DNA from: Candidatus Omnitrophota bacterium | GTDB taxonomy: Bacteria; Omnitrophota; Gorgyraeia; Zapsychrales; Fredricksoniimonadaceae | Assembly (NCBI GenBank): GCA_015228785.1 | Contig: JADGCU010000004.1 | Location: 1-57,847 of the forward strand | Reading direction: 5' to 3' | Length of the DNA: 57,847 bases | Part shown: positions 9,106 through 19,073 of the stretch, piece after piece | How the letters are laid out: every line of letters starts with the position of its first letter | Numbering within the stretch: position 1 is the stretch's first letter | Program-made: the position numbers and the translations under genes | The notes under the pieces: model-generated | What the model was told of the DNA's origin: nothing | Databases searched by the model: none | Seen by the model: the letters and a program-made list of their open reading frames with translations, nothing else

Positions 9106-10275
9106 ATGGCAGTTCAGGTCGAATTATCAGAGCGGCTTAAACAGTTGCCCCCGTATTTATTTCTTGAGATCGATAAAGCCAAGCGCGCTGCGATTGCTGA
9201 GGGGCGCGATGTCATTAATTTAGGCGTAGGGGATCCTGATCAAGCGACGCATCCTGTGATCATGGATGCGATGAAGAAGGCGATTGATGATCCGGCTAAT
9301 CATCATTATCCTTTCGACGCGGGTGTTCCTCAACTGAGAACTGAGATTGCTAAATGGTTCACAGGACGTTTTGGTGTTGACCTTGATCCGGTGAGCGAGA
9401 TATACCCTTTAATTGGATCTAAAGAAGGATTGGCGCATTTTCCTCTGGCAGTAATCAATCCTGGTGAGAAAGTTCTTCTAACTGAACCGGCGTATCCGGC
9501 CTATCAAGCTGCTGTGACATTTGCTGGGGGTAAGATCCAATATTTGCCTCTTAAAGCTTCTAACGACTTTCTTCCTAAAATCTCGGATATTGTGGAAAGC
9601 AAAAATGTGAAGGCAATTATTGTTTGTTATCCCAACAATCCAACAGCAGCTGTGGCGACAAAACAGTTTTATACGGATCTTGTTCGAGTGTGTATTGAAA
9701 AGAATATTATTATTGTATCGGATCTTGCTTATTCTGAGGTTTATTACGATGGGATCAAACCGCCAAGTATTTTAGAAGTTTCAGGCGCTAAGGATATTGC
9801 TATTGAATTTCATTCGTTTTCCAAGACGTATTATATGACGGGATGGCGATTAGGGTGGGCTTGCGGGAATACGACATTGATTGCGGCTTTGGCCAAAGTT
9901 AAATCTAATGTTGATTCGGGCGTGTTTAATGCTATTCAGCATGCGGGCATAGCGGCTCTTCATATTGACAAGGTTGAGATTGAGGATATGCGTATCTGCT
10001 ATCAAGAGAGGCGAGATGCTTTGATCAATGGGTTGCGGTCAATTGGATGGAAAATCGATCCGCCTAAAGGTGCTTTTTATGTTTGGGCCAAGATACCATC
10101 TAAATTCACCGATTCCATGGCCTGCTCCAAGGCTTTTTTGGATGAGGCCAATATTATTGTGACACCTGGCGTTGGTTTTGGTAAGAGCGGTGAGGGGTAT
10201 GTTCGTATGGCCCTTACAGTGCCTGTGGAGCGTATCCATGAGGCGGTTCAGCGCCTGTCAAAAGTATTGGTATGA
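9106..10275 (+). CDS. dapL: class I PLP aminotransferase, probable LL-diaminopimelate aminotransferase
   Basis: 389 aa. The LPPYLFLEID...INLGVGDPD N-terminus and the SFSKTY lysine motif are present. Its position as the last gene of lysA-dapF-dapA-dapB, with no dapD/dapC/dapE in the window, supports the DapL role. The substrate assignment is inferred from context. Confidence 0.7.
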   Translation: MAVQVELSERLKQLPPYLFLEIDKAKRAAIAEGRDVINLGVGDPDQATHPVIMDAMKKAIDDPANHHYPFDAGVPQLRTEIAKWFTGRFGVDLDPVSEIYPLIGSKEGLAHFPLAVINPGEKVLLTEPAYPAYQAAVTFAGGKIQYLPLKASNDFLPKISDIVESKNVKAIIVCYPNNPTAAVATKQFYTDLVRVCIEKNIIIVSDLAYSEVYYDGIKPPSILEVSGAKDIAIEFHSFSKTYYMTGWRLGWACGNTTLIAALAKVKSNVDSGVFNAIQHAGIAALHIDKVEIEDMRICYQERRDALINGLRSIGWKIDPPKGAFYVWAKIPSKFTDSMACSKAFLDEANIIVTPGVGFGKSGEGYVRMALTVPVERIHEAVQRLSKVLV

Positions 10276-10303
10276 TTGTTGCTAGGGGGTATTAGGGAGG
10301 ATC

Positions 10304-10720
10304 GTGGTGCCCGTTGTTTATCTCGGTTTAGGGTCCAATCTTGGTGACCGCGAAAAGAATATTCGTGATGCTGTTGAGCTCCTTAATAACAGTGGCGTCA
10401 AGATTTTGAAATTATCAAAGATCATTGAAACGAATCCTGTAGGCGGGCCGCCACAGGATCTTTTTTTAAATGCGGCCGTAAAGGCTGAGACCGCACTATT
10501 GCCACAAGAGCTTCTCAAGACATGTTTAAAGGTTGAGGCTGACCTGGGACGCATGAGAACAGTTCTTAATGGTCCACGTACAATTGACATTGATATCCTT
10601 CTTTATGATGATTGTACGATTAATACCCCTGAGCTTGTGATTCCCCATCCTCGCATGAAGGAGCGCGATTTCGTGATGCGTCCGTTACGGGAGATCGTTC
10701 CAGATATCATCATCAGATGA
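10304..10720 (+). CDS. folK: 2-amino-4-hydroxy-6-hydroxymethyldihydropteridine pyrophosphokinase (HPPK)
   Basis: YLGLGSNLGDR, IDIDILLYD and LVIPHPRMKERDFV motifs. GTG start at 10304. Confidence 0.88.
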   Translation: MVPVVYLGLGSNLGDREKNIRDAVELLNNSGVKILKLSKIIETNPVGGPPQDLFLNAAVKAETALLPQELLKTCLKVEADLGRMRTVLNGPRTIDIDILLYDDCTINTPELVIPHPRMKERDFVMRPLREIVPDIIIR

Positions 10721-10765
10721 ACGGTTTAGGGGATTGTTAAGGGAATATACGTGAGGTATGGTGTC

Positions 10766-11620
10766 ATGAAAGTCATCAAGACGAATAAGGCCCTCAGAGG
10801 AAAACTTGCTTTTTTAAGGAGTCAGGGAAAGAGCATTGGATTTGTGCCAACCATGGGAGCTTTTCATGAGGGGCACGTGTCGTTGATGCGTCGCTGTGTT
10901 AAAGAGAATGATATTACAGTGGTTAGCCTTTTTGTGAATCCTCTTCAGTTTGGCCCCAGGGAAGATTTAGCGAGATATCCACGGAATTTGAAGCGTGATA
11001 TTGAGATGGCCTCAGCAGTTAACGTTGATTTCCTTTTTGTTCCCTCGCTCCAGGAGATATATCCAGAGCCATTGTCAACATTTGTGCAAGTCGGAAAGAT
11101 CGGCAACATTCTTTGTGGGGCGTCACGGCCTGGACATTTTCAAGGTGTTGCGACAGTTGTCCTCAAGCTGCTAAACATCGTTCAGCCGTGTGTTATTTAT
11201 CTAGGGCAAAAGGATGCTCAGCAGGTTGCGGTGATCAAAAGAATGATTTTTGATCTGAATATTCCAGTTTCGGTTGTGATTTGTCCGACATCTCGGGAGG
11301 CTGACGGCTTGGCCATGAGCTCCCGTAATATTTATCTCTCACCGACGGAGAGAAGGGATGCTGTGGTGCTCAACAAGGCTCTTCGGATGGGGGCGCGATT
11401 GATCGCCTTTGGTGAACGCGACGGGGGTAAAATAATTTCTAAAATAAAAAAGTTGATTCTCGAGGGGAGTAGTGCTAGCATTGATTACGTTTCGATCGTT
11501 GAGATCTCTGGGTTTGCGCCGGTCCGTCGGATCAGTAAGGATGTGCTGATCGTTATCGCGGTCAAGTTCGGCACCACGCGGCTCATCGATAATGTGATAG
11601 TGAAAGTTCATGGCAAGTAG
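10766..11620 (+). CDS. panC: pantoate--beta-alanine ligase
   Basis: GFVPTMGAFHEGH (HIGH-like), NPLQFGP, GQKDAQQ and MSSRN motifs. ATG 10766 is preceded by GAGGTA. Confidence 0.92.
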   Translation: MKVIKTNKALRGKLAFLRSQGKSIGFVPTMGAFHEGHVSLMRRCVKENDITVVSLFVNPLQFGPREDLARYPRNLKRDIEMASAVNVDFLFVPSLQEIYPEPLSTFVQVGKIGNILCGASRPGHFQGVATVVLKLLNIVQPCVIYLGQKDAQQVAVIKRMIFDLNIPVSVVICPTSREADGLAMSSRNIYLSPTERRDAVVLNKALRMGARLIAFGERDGGKIISKIKKLILEGSSASIDYVSIVEISGFAPVRRISKDVLIVIAVKFGTTRLIDNVIVKVHGK

Positions 11621-12437
11621 TCATCATCGCTTGAAGTTGAGCATCATTGGATGTGGTGCCATTGGAAGCCGGATCGCAATAAGTACAATCAAGGAGCTCA
11701 AAGATCAGTTTATGATCTCAGCACTGTACGATATTGATCCTCTTAAGTCTCAGACCCTCGCTCGAAAGCTACGTAAACCATCTCTTGCTAAATCGACCCT
11801 TTCAGTGGCTATTCATGGTGCTGATATTGTTGTTGAAGCGGTTAATACGCCAGCCACTGGGGATATTGTTTCAAGGGTGCTTCGGTTGAAGAAAAGTGTT
11901 CTTGTTATGAGTGTGGGGAGGTTGATCGATGATGGCCGTCTTTTTCCTTTGGCGAAAAGATGTAATGGCAAGATGCTTCTTCCTTCTGGCGGGATTGCCG
12001 GGTTAGATGCTATTAAAGCAGCTCGCTTAGCGGGGATCACCTCTGCGATCCTTACGACCACCAAATCGCCACAAAGCTTCAAGGATAACGCCTATCAAGT
12101 AGAGAAGAAATTCCAATCTTCTAGTGTGAAGAGTGATGTGGTTCTTTTTGACGGGGGAGTTAGGGAGGCGGTTCGGTTCTTTCCTCAAAATATTAATGTG
12201 GCGGCGGTTCTGTCCCTCGCCGTAGGTGACATTGATAAGGTTCATGTTCGGATTATTGCCTCACCGAAAGTGACGCGCAATATCCATGAGATTGTGATTG
12301 AAGGCGCCTGTGGCAGAATCACGACACGAGTTGAGAATGAGACATGCCCCGATAATCCCAAGACAAGTTATCTTGCGGTTTTGTCGGCAATAGCAACACT
12401 TCAACAATACGGTCAGAATATTAAGATCGGAACATAA
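11610..12437 (+). CDS. nadX: L-aspartate dehydrogenase family protein
   Basis: IIGCGAIG Rossmann start. PSGGIAGLDAIKAA, FPQNINVAA, NIHEI and NPKTSYLAVLSAI match my recollection of Thermotoga NadX. It overlaps the panC stop by 11 nt. Confidence 0.82.
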   Translation: MASSHHRLKLSIIGCGAIGSRIAISTIKELKDQFMISALYDIDPLKSQTLARKLRKPSLAKSTLSVAIHGADIVVEAVNTPATGDIVSRVLRLKKSVLVMSVGRLIDDGRLFPLAKRCNGKMLLPSGGIAGLDAIKAARLAGITSAILTTTKSPQSFKDNAYQVEKKFQSSSVKSDVVLFDGGVREAVRFFPQNINVAAVLSLAVGDIDKVHVRIIASPKVTRNIHEIVIEGACGRITTRVENETCPDNPKTSYLAVLSAIATLQQYGQNIKIGT

Positions 12438-12446
12438 GGAGAGCGT

Positions 12447-13328
12447 ATGTCAGCAGAAATATTGTATTTTGTTATTATTGGTGTTGTTATTATATTTTTT
12501 ATGGGAATACGGTTTGTCCGTCCGACTCAGCGTGGTGTGATTGAGCGTATGGGAAAATATAATCGATTTGTCGTGCCAGGGTTTAATTGGTTCTTACCCG
12601 GGATCGAATCGATTATTTTGATTAATATCACCGAACAACTAATCGAAGCCAATCCCCAGGAAATCATTACAAATGATAATTTGAATGCTAAGGTGGATGC
12701 GCAGGTTTATTTCAAGATCAGAACGGATGAGCAGAGTGTTAAGAATGCGCTCTATAATGTTCAGAATTGCCAATATCAAATCGTAAACCTTGCCAGGACA
12801 ACGTTACGTAATATCATCGGTACTTTGTCTCTTAAGTCTGCCAATAGCGAGCGAGGTAAAATTAATTCTGAGCTTCTGATTGTTCTTTTAAGGGAAACCA
12901 AGGAGTGGGGAATTGAGATCGTCAGGACAGAGTTGAAGGAGATCGATCCGCCCAAGGATGTTCAAGAGACCATGAATAAAGTGGTTAAGGCCGAAAATGA
13001 GAAGATTGCGGCCATTGATTTTGCAACCGCAACAGAGACTGAGGCTGATGGCGCCAAGCGCGCGGAGATCAAGAAGGCTGAGGGCATTAAGCAGGCGAAG
13101 ATTCTTGCGGCTGAAGGTGAGGCTGAGGCGATTCGACTGGTCAATGAGGCTGCCGAGCAGTATTTTGTAGGAAATGCTCAGCTTCTAAGGCGACTTGAGA
13201 TGGTGGAAACAGCGCTTAGATCAAACGCTAAGATCGTTATTCCGACAGGGAGCGATCTGGTTAACGTTATAGGGGAGATGGCGGGCATAGTGCCGGTCAA
13301 ATCTTTAGACAACAAAAAACAATCGTAA
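12447..13328 (+). CDS. SPFH/band-7 (stomatin/HflC-like) membrane protein
   Basis: N-terminal TM helix, then RFVRPTQRGVIERMGKY...PGFNWFLPGIE and an Ala/Glu-rich coiled tail (AEGEAEAIRL), as expected for the band-7 family. Confidence 0.88.
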   Translation: MSAEILYFVIIGVVIIFFMGIRFVRPTQRGVIERMGKYNRFVVPGFNWFLPGIESIILINITEQLIEANPQEIITNDNLNAKVDAQVYFKIRTDEQSVKNALYNVQNCQYQIVNLARTTLRNIIGTLSLKSANSERGKINSELLIVLLRETKEWGIEIVRTELKEIDPPKDVQETMNKVVKAENEKIAAIDFATATETEADGAKRAEIKKAEGIKQAKILAAEGEAEAIRLVNEAAEQYFVGNAQLLRRLEMVETALRSNAKIVIPTGSDLVNVIGEMAGIVPVKSLDNKKQS

Positions 13329-13342
13329 AAGAGGGAGACAAC

Positions 13343-13588
13343 ATGGCTAAGAAAGTCGCAAAAGTCGGAGTAAAGAAGGAAAAGGGTTATCTTTATTTTA
13401 TCGACAAACAGGGTGACGTCTCAGCAGCGCTTATGGCGCGCGGGGCGAAAAAGGGTGGCAAGCCCAAGAAGGTCACCAAGGTTGGCATTAAGAAAGAGCC
13501 TGGTTTCCTTTATTTTATCGACAAACAGGGGGACATCTCTTGCGCCGCGATGGTTAAGGGCGGAAAGAAGAAGAAGGCTAAGAAGTAG
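13343..13588 (+). CDS. lysine-rich 81-aa protein built from two tandem ~39-aa repeats, function unknown
   Basis: ATG preceded by GAGGGAGA. The two halves share KV.KVG.KKE.G(Y/F)LYFIDKQGD(V/I)S.A.M..G.KK. A clean terminator follows. Confidence 0.7.
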   Translation: MAKKVAKVGVKKEKGYLYFIDKQGDVSAALMARGAKKGGKPKKVTKVGIKKEPGFLYFIDKQGDISCAAMVKGGKKKKAKK

Positions 13589-13607
13589 TTTAAGTTTTTA
13601 ATCAATA

Positions 13608-13652
13608 AACAGCCCCGGGGTCTCAGTTATGAGGCGCCGGGGTTGTTTTTTG
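13608..13652 (+). terminator. rho-independent terminator after the SPFH / microprotein pair
   Basis: AACAGCCCCGG (13608-13618) pairs with CCGGGGTTGTT (13637-13647) with one mismatch. A T-run follows (TTGTTTTTTGT). Confidence 0.8.
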
Positions 13653-13736
13653 TAAGGGCGAGGAAAATTCGCCGACAAATAAAAGAAAGTTTTAACCGTA
13701 AGACAACTATGATGTCTTTGCTTAAGGCAATATCGT

Positions 13737-16517
13737 ATGCATGACAATATTATTATTAAAGGTGCTAAAGAGCACAATTTAAAGAATTTGACCCTTGAAC
13801 TTCCGCGCAATAAATTCATTGTTGTCACGGGGTTAAGCGGATCAGGGAAATCATCTCTGGCTTTTGATACGATTTATGCTGAGGGACAGCGTCGATATGT
13901 GGAAAGTTTATCTGCTTACGCTCGACAATTTCTTGATCAGATGCAAAAGCCAGATGTGGAGTCTATTGAAGGCTTAAGTCCAACCATATCGATCGAACAA
14001 AAGACTACCAGTCGTAATCCTCGTTCTACTGTCGCCACACAGACAGAGATATATGATTACATGCGCCTCCTTTATGCGCGTATCGGGATTCCTTACTACA
14101 AAGGTCAGAAGCTTGAGAAACAATCGGCTCAAGAGATGGTTGAGCGTATCTTGCGTCTTTCTGAGGGGACAAAGATCAATATTCTTGCGCCCATGGTGAA
14201 AGGAAAAAAGGGGACATATCCAGACATTCAAAAGCAGGTTATGAAGGCCGGTTTTGCTCGTCTTCGGGTTGATGGTGAGACTTATGAGACGAGTGAGAAG
14301 ATCAAGCTTGATCGGTATAAGGTTCATCATATCGAAATTGTTGTAGATCGTTTGAGCATTAAAGATGATATAAAGGCGCGGCTAACAGATTCTGTTGAAA
14401 CCGCACTTCGTGTCGGGAAGGGAAGCATTATTGTTGCCTTTCAAGATAACAAACCAGACTTGATTTTAAGTGAAGCTTATTCAGTTCCGGCGGAAGATAT
14501 TGATCTTCCTGAATTGGAACCTCGTACCTTTTCATTTAATTCTCCCTATGGCGCTTGTCCAGAATGTAACGGGATAGGAACTAAGATGGAGATCGATCCA
14601 AACTCTTTGATCGGGGACCCTAAGAAGCCCTGGGTCTCGGCGATCGTTCCTTGGAAGAAGGGGCAACGCGCGTACATGATGTATTTTCGGGCAGTCATGA
14701 GGGAGTTGGCTCGGCTTTATAAGATCGATCTCACAATCCCTTTTAGTAAGCTTCCCAAAGGGTTTCGGCATGATCTTATTTACGGATCAGAAGATATCGT
14801 TTGGGGTAAGAAATATGAGGGGGTGACTGGATATCTCCAGCGACTTTTTCGTGATACGGATAGCGATTGGTTGAAAGAGGAAATTTCCCGTTTTATGTCG
14901 GAAGCGCCGTGTCCTTCATGCAGAGGGGAACGACTTAAGAAAGAAGCGCTCATGGTTCTTGTGAGTGGAATGAATATAGCGGATGTGACCAAATTCTCTG
15001 TTGTGCGGGCTAAGGCTTTCTTTGAGAATTTAGATCTTAATAAGGAACAGGCTCTCATTGCTGCTCCAATTATTAAAGAGATTATTCGTCGGCTTGAATT
15101 TTGTATCAATGTCGGGCTTGATTACGTAACACTTGATCGAAAGAGCGCCACGCTTTCCGGTGGGGAAGCGGAGCGAATTCGTCTCGCGACACAAGTAGGT
15201 TCCGGGCTTGTGGGGGTTATTTATGTTTTGGATGAGCCGTCGATTGGATTACACCAGAAAGATAATGAGCGTCTTTTGTCTAGCCTTCATGCGTTAAGAG
15301 ATCTTGGGAACACCTTGATCGTTGTAGAGCATGATGAGGATACTATTCGAAAGGCTGATTGGGTTGTAGATTTGGGGCCTGGCGCTGGTAAATTTGGCGG
15401 GGAGGTTCTTTATGCGGGAACGATTGATGGCCTTTTAAAGTCGAAGGAGTCTCTTACAGGAAAATATTTACGCGGAGAGATAAGAATCCCTGTTCCTGTA
15501 AAACGGCGGGAAATCATAAGATCGAAATTCTTGAAGATAAAGGGCGCCAGTGAGCATAATTTAAAGAATATCGATATTCAAATTCCTTTGGGGACATTCG
15601 TTTGTGTAACAGGTGTTTCGGGATCAGGGAAATCAACCCTTGTGGAGGATATTCTTTACAAGTCATTGGCGCGAAAATTTTATGGTTCCCGCGAAACACC
15701 AGGTGCTGTTAAGAAGATCGAGGGATTGGAGCATATTGACAAAGTCATTGTCGTTGACCAATCGCCTATTGGACGAACGCCGCGTTCTAATCCGGCGACA
15801 TATACGGGTGTTTTCTCAGATATCCGGACCCTTTTTGCCCGGCTTCCTCAAGCTAAGTTGCGCGGGTATGGCCCCGGAAGGTTTAGTTTTAACGTGAAGG
15901 GGGGGCGATGTGAGGCCTGTCAGGGAGATGGTATCAAGGAGATTGAGATGCATTTCTTGCCTGACGTCCATGTTGAATGTGAAATTTGTCATGGGAAACG
16001 ATTTAATGACCAGACTCTTCAGGTTGAGTTTAAAGGGAAGAACATTAGCCAGGTTCTTGATAGTTCTGTAGAGGAAGCGAGAGATCTCTTTGAGAGTATC
16101 CCTCGGATCAAGCGTGTTTTGGAAACATTGAGCGATGTGGGTTTAGGCTACATTAAATTAGGTCAGTCGGCGACAACTCTTTCCGGTGGCGAGGCCCAGC
16201 GTGTGAAGTTGGCCACTGAGCTTTGTAAACCAGCGACTGGAAAGACTATCTATATTTTGGATGAACCTACGACAGGTCTTCATTTTGCGGATATTGATAA
16301 GCTTCTTCATGTTCTTCAACGACTGGTTGATCGAGGAAATACTATTCTTGTAATTGAGCACAATTTGGAAGTTATTAAGAATGCAGATTATATCATTGAT
16401 CTGGGGCCAGATGGTGGTGATAGAGGAGGGCAAGTCGTTTTTTCTGGATCTCCAGAAGATATTATTAAACACAAGGGCTCTTATACAGGGCATTATTTGA
16501 AACCTTTTCTTTCTTGA
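13737..16517 (+). CDS. uvrA: excinuclease ABC subunit A
   Basis: 926 aa. Two ABC ATPase modules (GLSGSGKSSL, GVSGSGKSTL, LSGGEAERI, LSGGEAQRV) and zinc-finger Cys clusters (CPECNG, CEACQGDG...CEICHG). Confidence 0.96.
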   Translation: MHDNIIIKGAKEHNLKNLTLELPRNKFIVVTGLSGSGKSSLAFDTIYAEGQRRYVESLSAYARQFLDQMQKPDVESIEGLSPTISIEQKTTSRNPRSTVATQTEIYDYMRLLYARIGIPYYKGQKLEKQSAQEMVERILRLSEGTKINILAPMVKGKKGTYPDIQKQVMKAGFARLRVDGETYETSEKIKLDRYKVHHIEIVVDRLSIKDDIKARLTDSVETALRVGKGSIIVAFQDNKPDLILSEAYSVPAEDIDLPELEPRTFSFNSPYGACPECNGIGTKMEIDPNSLIGDPKKPWVSAIVPWKKGQRAYMMYFRAVMRELARLYKIDLTIPFSKLPKGFRHDLIYGSEDIVWGKKYEGVTGYLQRLFRDTDSDWLKEEISRFMSEAPCPSCRGERLKKEALMVLVSGMNIADVTKFSVVRAKAFFENLDLNKEQALIAAPIIKEIIRRLEFCINVGLDYVTLDRKSATLSGGEAERIRLATQVGSGLVGVIYVLDEPSIGLHQKDNERLLSSLHALRDLGNTLIVVEHDEDTIRKADWVVDLGPGAGKFGGEVLYAGTIDGLLKSKESLTGKYLRGEIRIPVPVKRREIIRSKFLKIKGASEHNLKNIDIQIPLGTFVCVTGVSGSGKSTLVEDILYKSLARKFYGSRETPGAVKKIEGLEHIDKVIVVDQSPIGRTPRSNPATYTGVFSDIRTLFARLPQAKLRGYGPGRFSFNVKGGRCEACQGDGIKEIEMHFLPDVHVECEICHGKRFNDQTLQVEFKGKNISQVLDSSVEEARDLFESIPRIKRVLETLSDVGLGYIKLGQSATTLSGGEAQRVKLATELCKPATGKTIYILDEPTTGLHFADIDKLLHVLQRLVDRGNTILVIEHNLEVIKNADYIIDLGPDGGDRGGQVVFSGSPEDIIKHKGSYTGHYLKPFLS

Positions 16518-16592
16518 ATAGTCTTCCTCTTCCGCTTCATTATTTTCTTGTTTTTTCCTATTATTTGCCTTGTTTTTGGTAGAATAGAAACT

Positions 16593-19058
16593 ATGAAATC
16601 CCGATTTTATCTGTTTCTTCATTTAATATTAACAATATTAGTTATTAATATTCAACCTGCTTTTTCTGAAGGGTCTAGCGAGAAGGAGCTGTTTGTCGTT
16701 GCTCAGAGGGCCTTTGAAGATGGGTTTTATGATGTTTCTCTCCGTTATGTAGATCAACTTATCAAAGAATTCCCCCAAACGAAAAAATATGTTGAAACAC
16801 GCCTTTTGGAAGGGCAGTGTTATTTTTTCAAGAAACAGTATTTAAAAGCTTTTAATGTTTTTCAAGAGCTTACGAGGCATACAGAATATAAAGATGTGAC
16901 GCTCTTTTGGCTGGGAGAGACTTATCTTAAGGTTGGTGATCATGCCAAGGCGCAAAATCAATATAAAGAGCTGATTCAGATATATCCCACTTCTCTTTAC
17001 GCGGCGCAGGGGTATTATTCTTTAGGGTGGAGTCTTTTTGAAAAAGGGGATTATGAGAGCGCCAGGAATAACTTTGTAAAGCTTGTCGAATTGTATCCTT
17101 CCAACAATCTGGCTGAGGACGCTGCTTTTAAGGCCGGTGAATGTGCTTATAACGCTGGACAATACGAAGGCGCTGTTTTTCAGTTTCAGAAGTTTATTCA
17201 AACCCATCCGAATTCTCGAAAGGTTTTTGACGCCAATTTTAATATTGCGGAAGCATTTTATTATCTCGATCAGTACGATAAGGCGAGCGGAGCTTATCGA
17301 AAGGCGTTGGAGGGGGTTCGGGATTCTAAGGAAAAGCTGAGTGTTTTAGTAGGCCTTGGATGGTCTTTTTTTAAAGCAAACAAATTTGATGAAGCTATTA
17401 AGGCGTTTGATGAGGCGCAGGCACATGCTAAAGCGAGTAATATTGCGGAGGATGAGATTCTTCTTGGTAAAGCAAGCCTTTTTTCGGCGCAAGATAAACA
17501 GAATGATGCGTTAATGAACTATTCTGATTTGATCGATCGGTTTCCGCAAAGTTTGCGCATTGCTGAGGGCTATTTGGGGCGCGCGAACACGTATTATCTT
17601 CTAAATGATTATCCTAACGCAATTAATGATTATAAGAAAATTCTTGATCTTTCTTCTTCCCAAGCGAAGGGATCGGAAATACTTGAGAAGGCACGTTTTG
17701 GTCTTGCGTGGACATATTTAAAGAACGGCTCTTTGGATCAATCGATTGAGAGTTTTAAGGGTGTTCTTGAAAAGACGCAAAGTAAGACTGTTAAGGTGAG
17801 CGCTATGACGCAGATTGGCGATGCTTATCAGGAAGCAGGTCAGGTCGATAATGCTATTGAGACATATGATAAAATTTTGAAAGAAATGCCTGACACGCCC
17901 TATTCTGATTATGTCCAGCATCGACTTGGCGTGGCTCTTTTAAAGGCAGGACGGATTGATACGGCTATTTTAGCTTTTCAGTCTCTTCAGGCAAATTATC
18001 CTAAGAGTAAGTTTATTATTGAATCAAAGTACTACTTAGGTGCAGCATATTTTAAAAAACATGATTGGGCGGGGACAATCCAGGTTCTTGAGCCGTTTGT
18101 CGCGGAAAATCCTCGCGACAATGAATTCTCCGCAGAGGCCTCTTATTTAATCGCGTTAGCGTTTTTTAATCAAAAACAATACGATGAAGCTCTAGAAATT
18201 TTTAATGAGTTGTTGAAATTGTATCCCGACAAAGAGACGCTTTCCCAGAATGTTCAATTAGGCATAGCTAAGACAAAATATGAAATGGGGAATTTTAAAG
18301 ATGCTTTGGCGATTTTTAAGGAAATTGATTTTCGTTTTCCAGGAACAGATGTTGCGTTAGAGTCGCTCATGTGGATGGGGCAACATAACATGGTTTCAGG
18401 GATATACGAACGAGCGTCGGAGAACTATCTTAAGGCGATAACAGATTTTCCCAAGAGTGACAAGAGGGATCTTCTTCATTTTGAATTAGGACGGGCTTAT
18501 CATGCGCAAAGCAAATTTGATAAAGCTTTAGAACAGTACCGTCAGGTTAAGGGGGAGTTCTCAGCAAAGGCTAAACTCGCAATTGCTGAGATTTTCTCAC
18601 AAGAGCTTGACCCTGAAAAAGCCATTGAGATTTATCAGAGCATTATTGCGACAAGCCCTGAATTTAAGCGCGATGCCCTTGTTAAGATTGGTCAAGTTTA
18701 TCGTAAGCTGAATAAACATGTTGAAGAAATCAAGGCTTATGAAGAGGCTCTTTTAGAACCATTAGGGGTTTGTCAGGTTATTAATGCGGAGATTCAATTT
18801 TTGATTGGAGATACGTACGAACTTATGAATGAAGTTGATAAGGCGGTGGAGGTCTATTTTAAGATCCCCTATGTATATGTTAAAGAACAAGTGTGGGTCG
18901 TTAAGGCGTATCTTCGAATTGCTAGGATTTATGAAAACAAGGAAGATTGGGAAAAGGCATTGGCTGCGTATGGTAAAGTCGTGGAGCTTAAAGTTGATGA
19001 GTCAAAGTTTGCCGAGGAACGGATGTCGCGCATCAATAGTGCGCGAAATTTAAAATGA
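16593..19058 (+). CDS. secreted multi-TPR repeat protein
   Basis: Signal-peptide-like N-terminus MKSRFYLFLHLILTILVINIQPAFS|EG, followed by about 800 aa of recurring TPR-like A..Y/F...A helix pairs. I prefer ATG 16593 to the TTG at 16548. Confidence 0.8.
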   Translation: MKSRFYLFLHLILTILVINIQPAFSEGSSEKELFVVAQRAFEDGFYDVSLRYVDQLIKEFPQTKKYVETRLLEGQCYFFKKQYLKAFNVFQELTRHTEYKDVTLFWLGETYLKVGDHAKAQNQYKELIQIYPTSLYAAQGYYSLGWSLFEKGDYESARNNFVKLVELYPSNNLAEDAAFKAGECAYNAGQYEGAVFQFQKFIQTHPNSRKVFDANFNIAEAFYYLDQYDKASGAYRKALEGVRDSKEKLSVLVGLGWSFFKANKFDEAIKAFDEAQAHAKASNIAEDEILLGKASLFSAQDKQNDALMNYSDLIDRFPQSLRIAEGYLGRANTYYLLNDYPNAINDYKKILDLSSSQAKGSEILEKARFGLAWTYLKNGSLDQSIESFKGVLEKTQSKTVKVSAMTQIGDAYQEAGQVDNAIETYDKILKEMPDTPYSDYVQHRLGVALLKAGRIDTAILAFQSLQANYPKSKFIIESKYYLGAAYFKKHDWAGTIQVLEPFVAENPRDNEFSAEASYLIALAFFNQKQYDEALEIFNELLKLYPDKETLSQNVQLGIAKTKYEMGNFKDALAIFKEIDFRFPGTDVALESLMWMGQHNMVSGIYERASENYLKAITDFPKSDKRDLLHFELGRAYHAQSKFDKALEQYRQVKGEFSAKAKLAIAEIFSQELDPEKAIEIYQSIIATSPEFKRDALVKIGQVYRKLNKHVEEIKAYEEALLEPLGVCQVINAEIQFLIGDTYELMNEVDKAVEVYFKIPYVYVKEQVWVVKAYLRIARIYENKEDWEKALAAYGKVVELKVDESKFAEERMSRINSARNLK

Positions 19059-19073
19059 TGAGAAAAGAAATAT

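Noticed and set aside
16577-16585. An extended -10 (TGGTAGAAT) ending 7 nt before ATG 16593, implying a leaderless mRNA for the TPR gene.
   Set aside because: It is a single AT-rich pattern match without a -35, and the true start codon (ATG 16593 versus TTG 16548) is itself uncertain. This is too weak to list as a feature.
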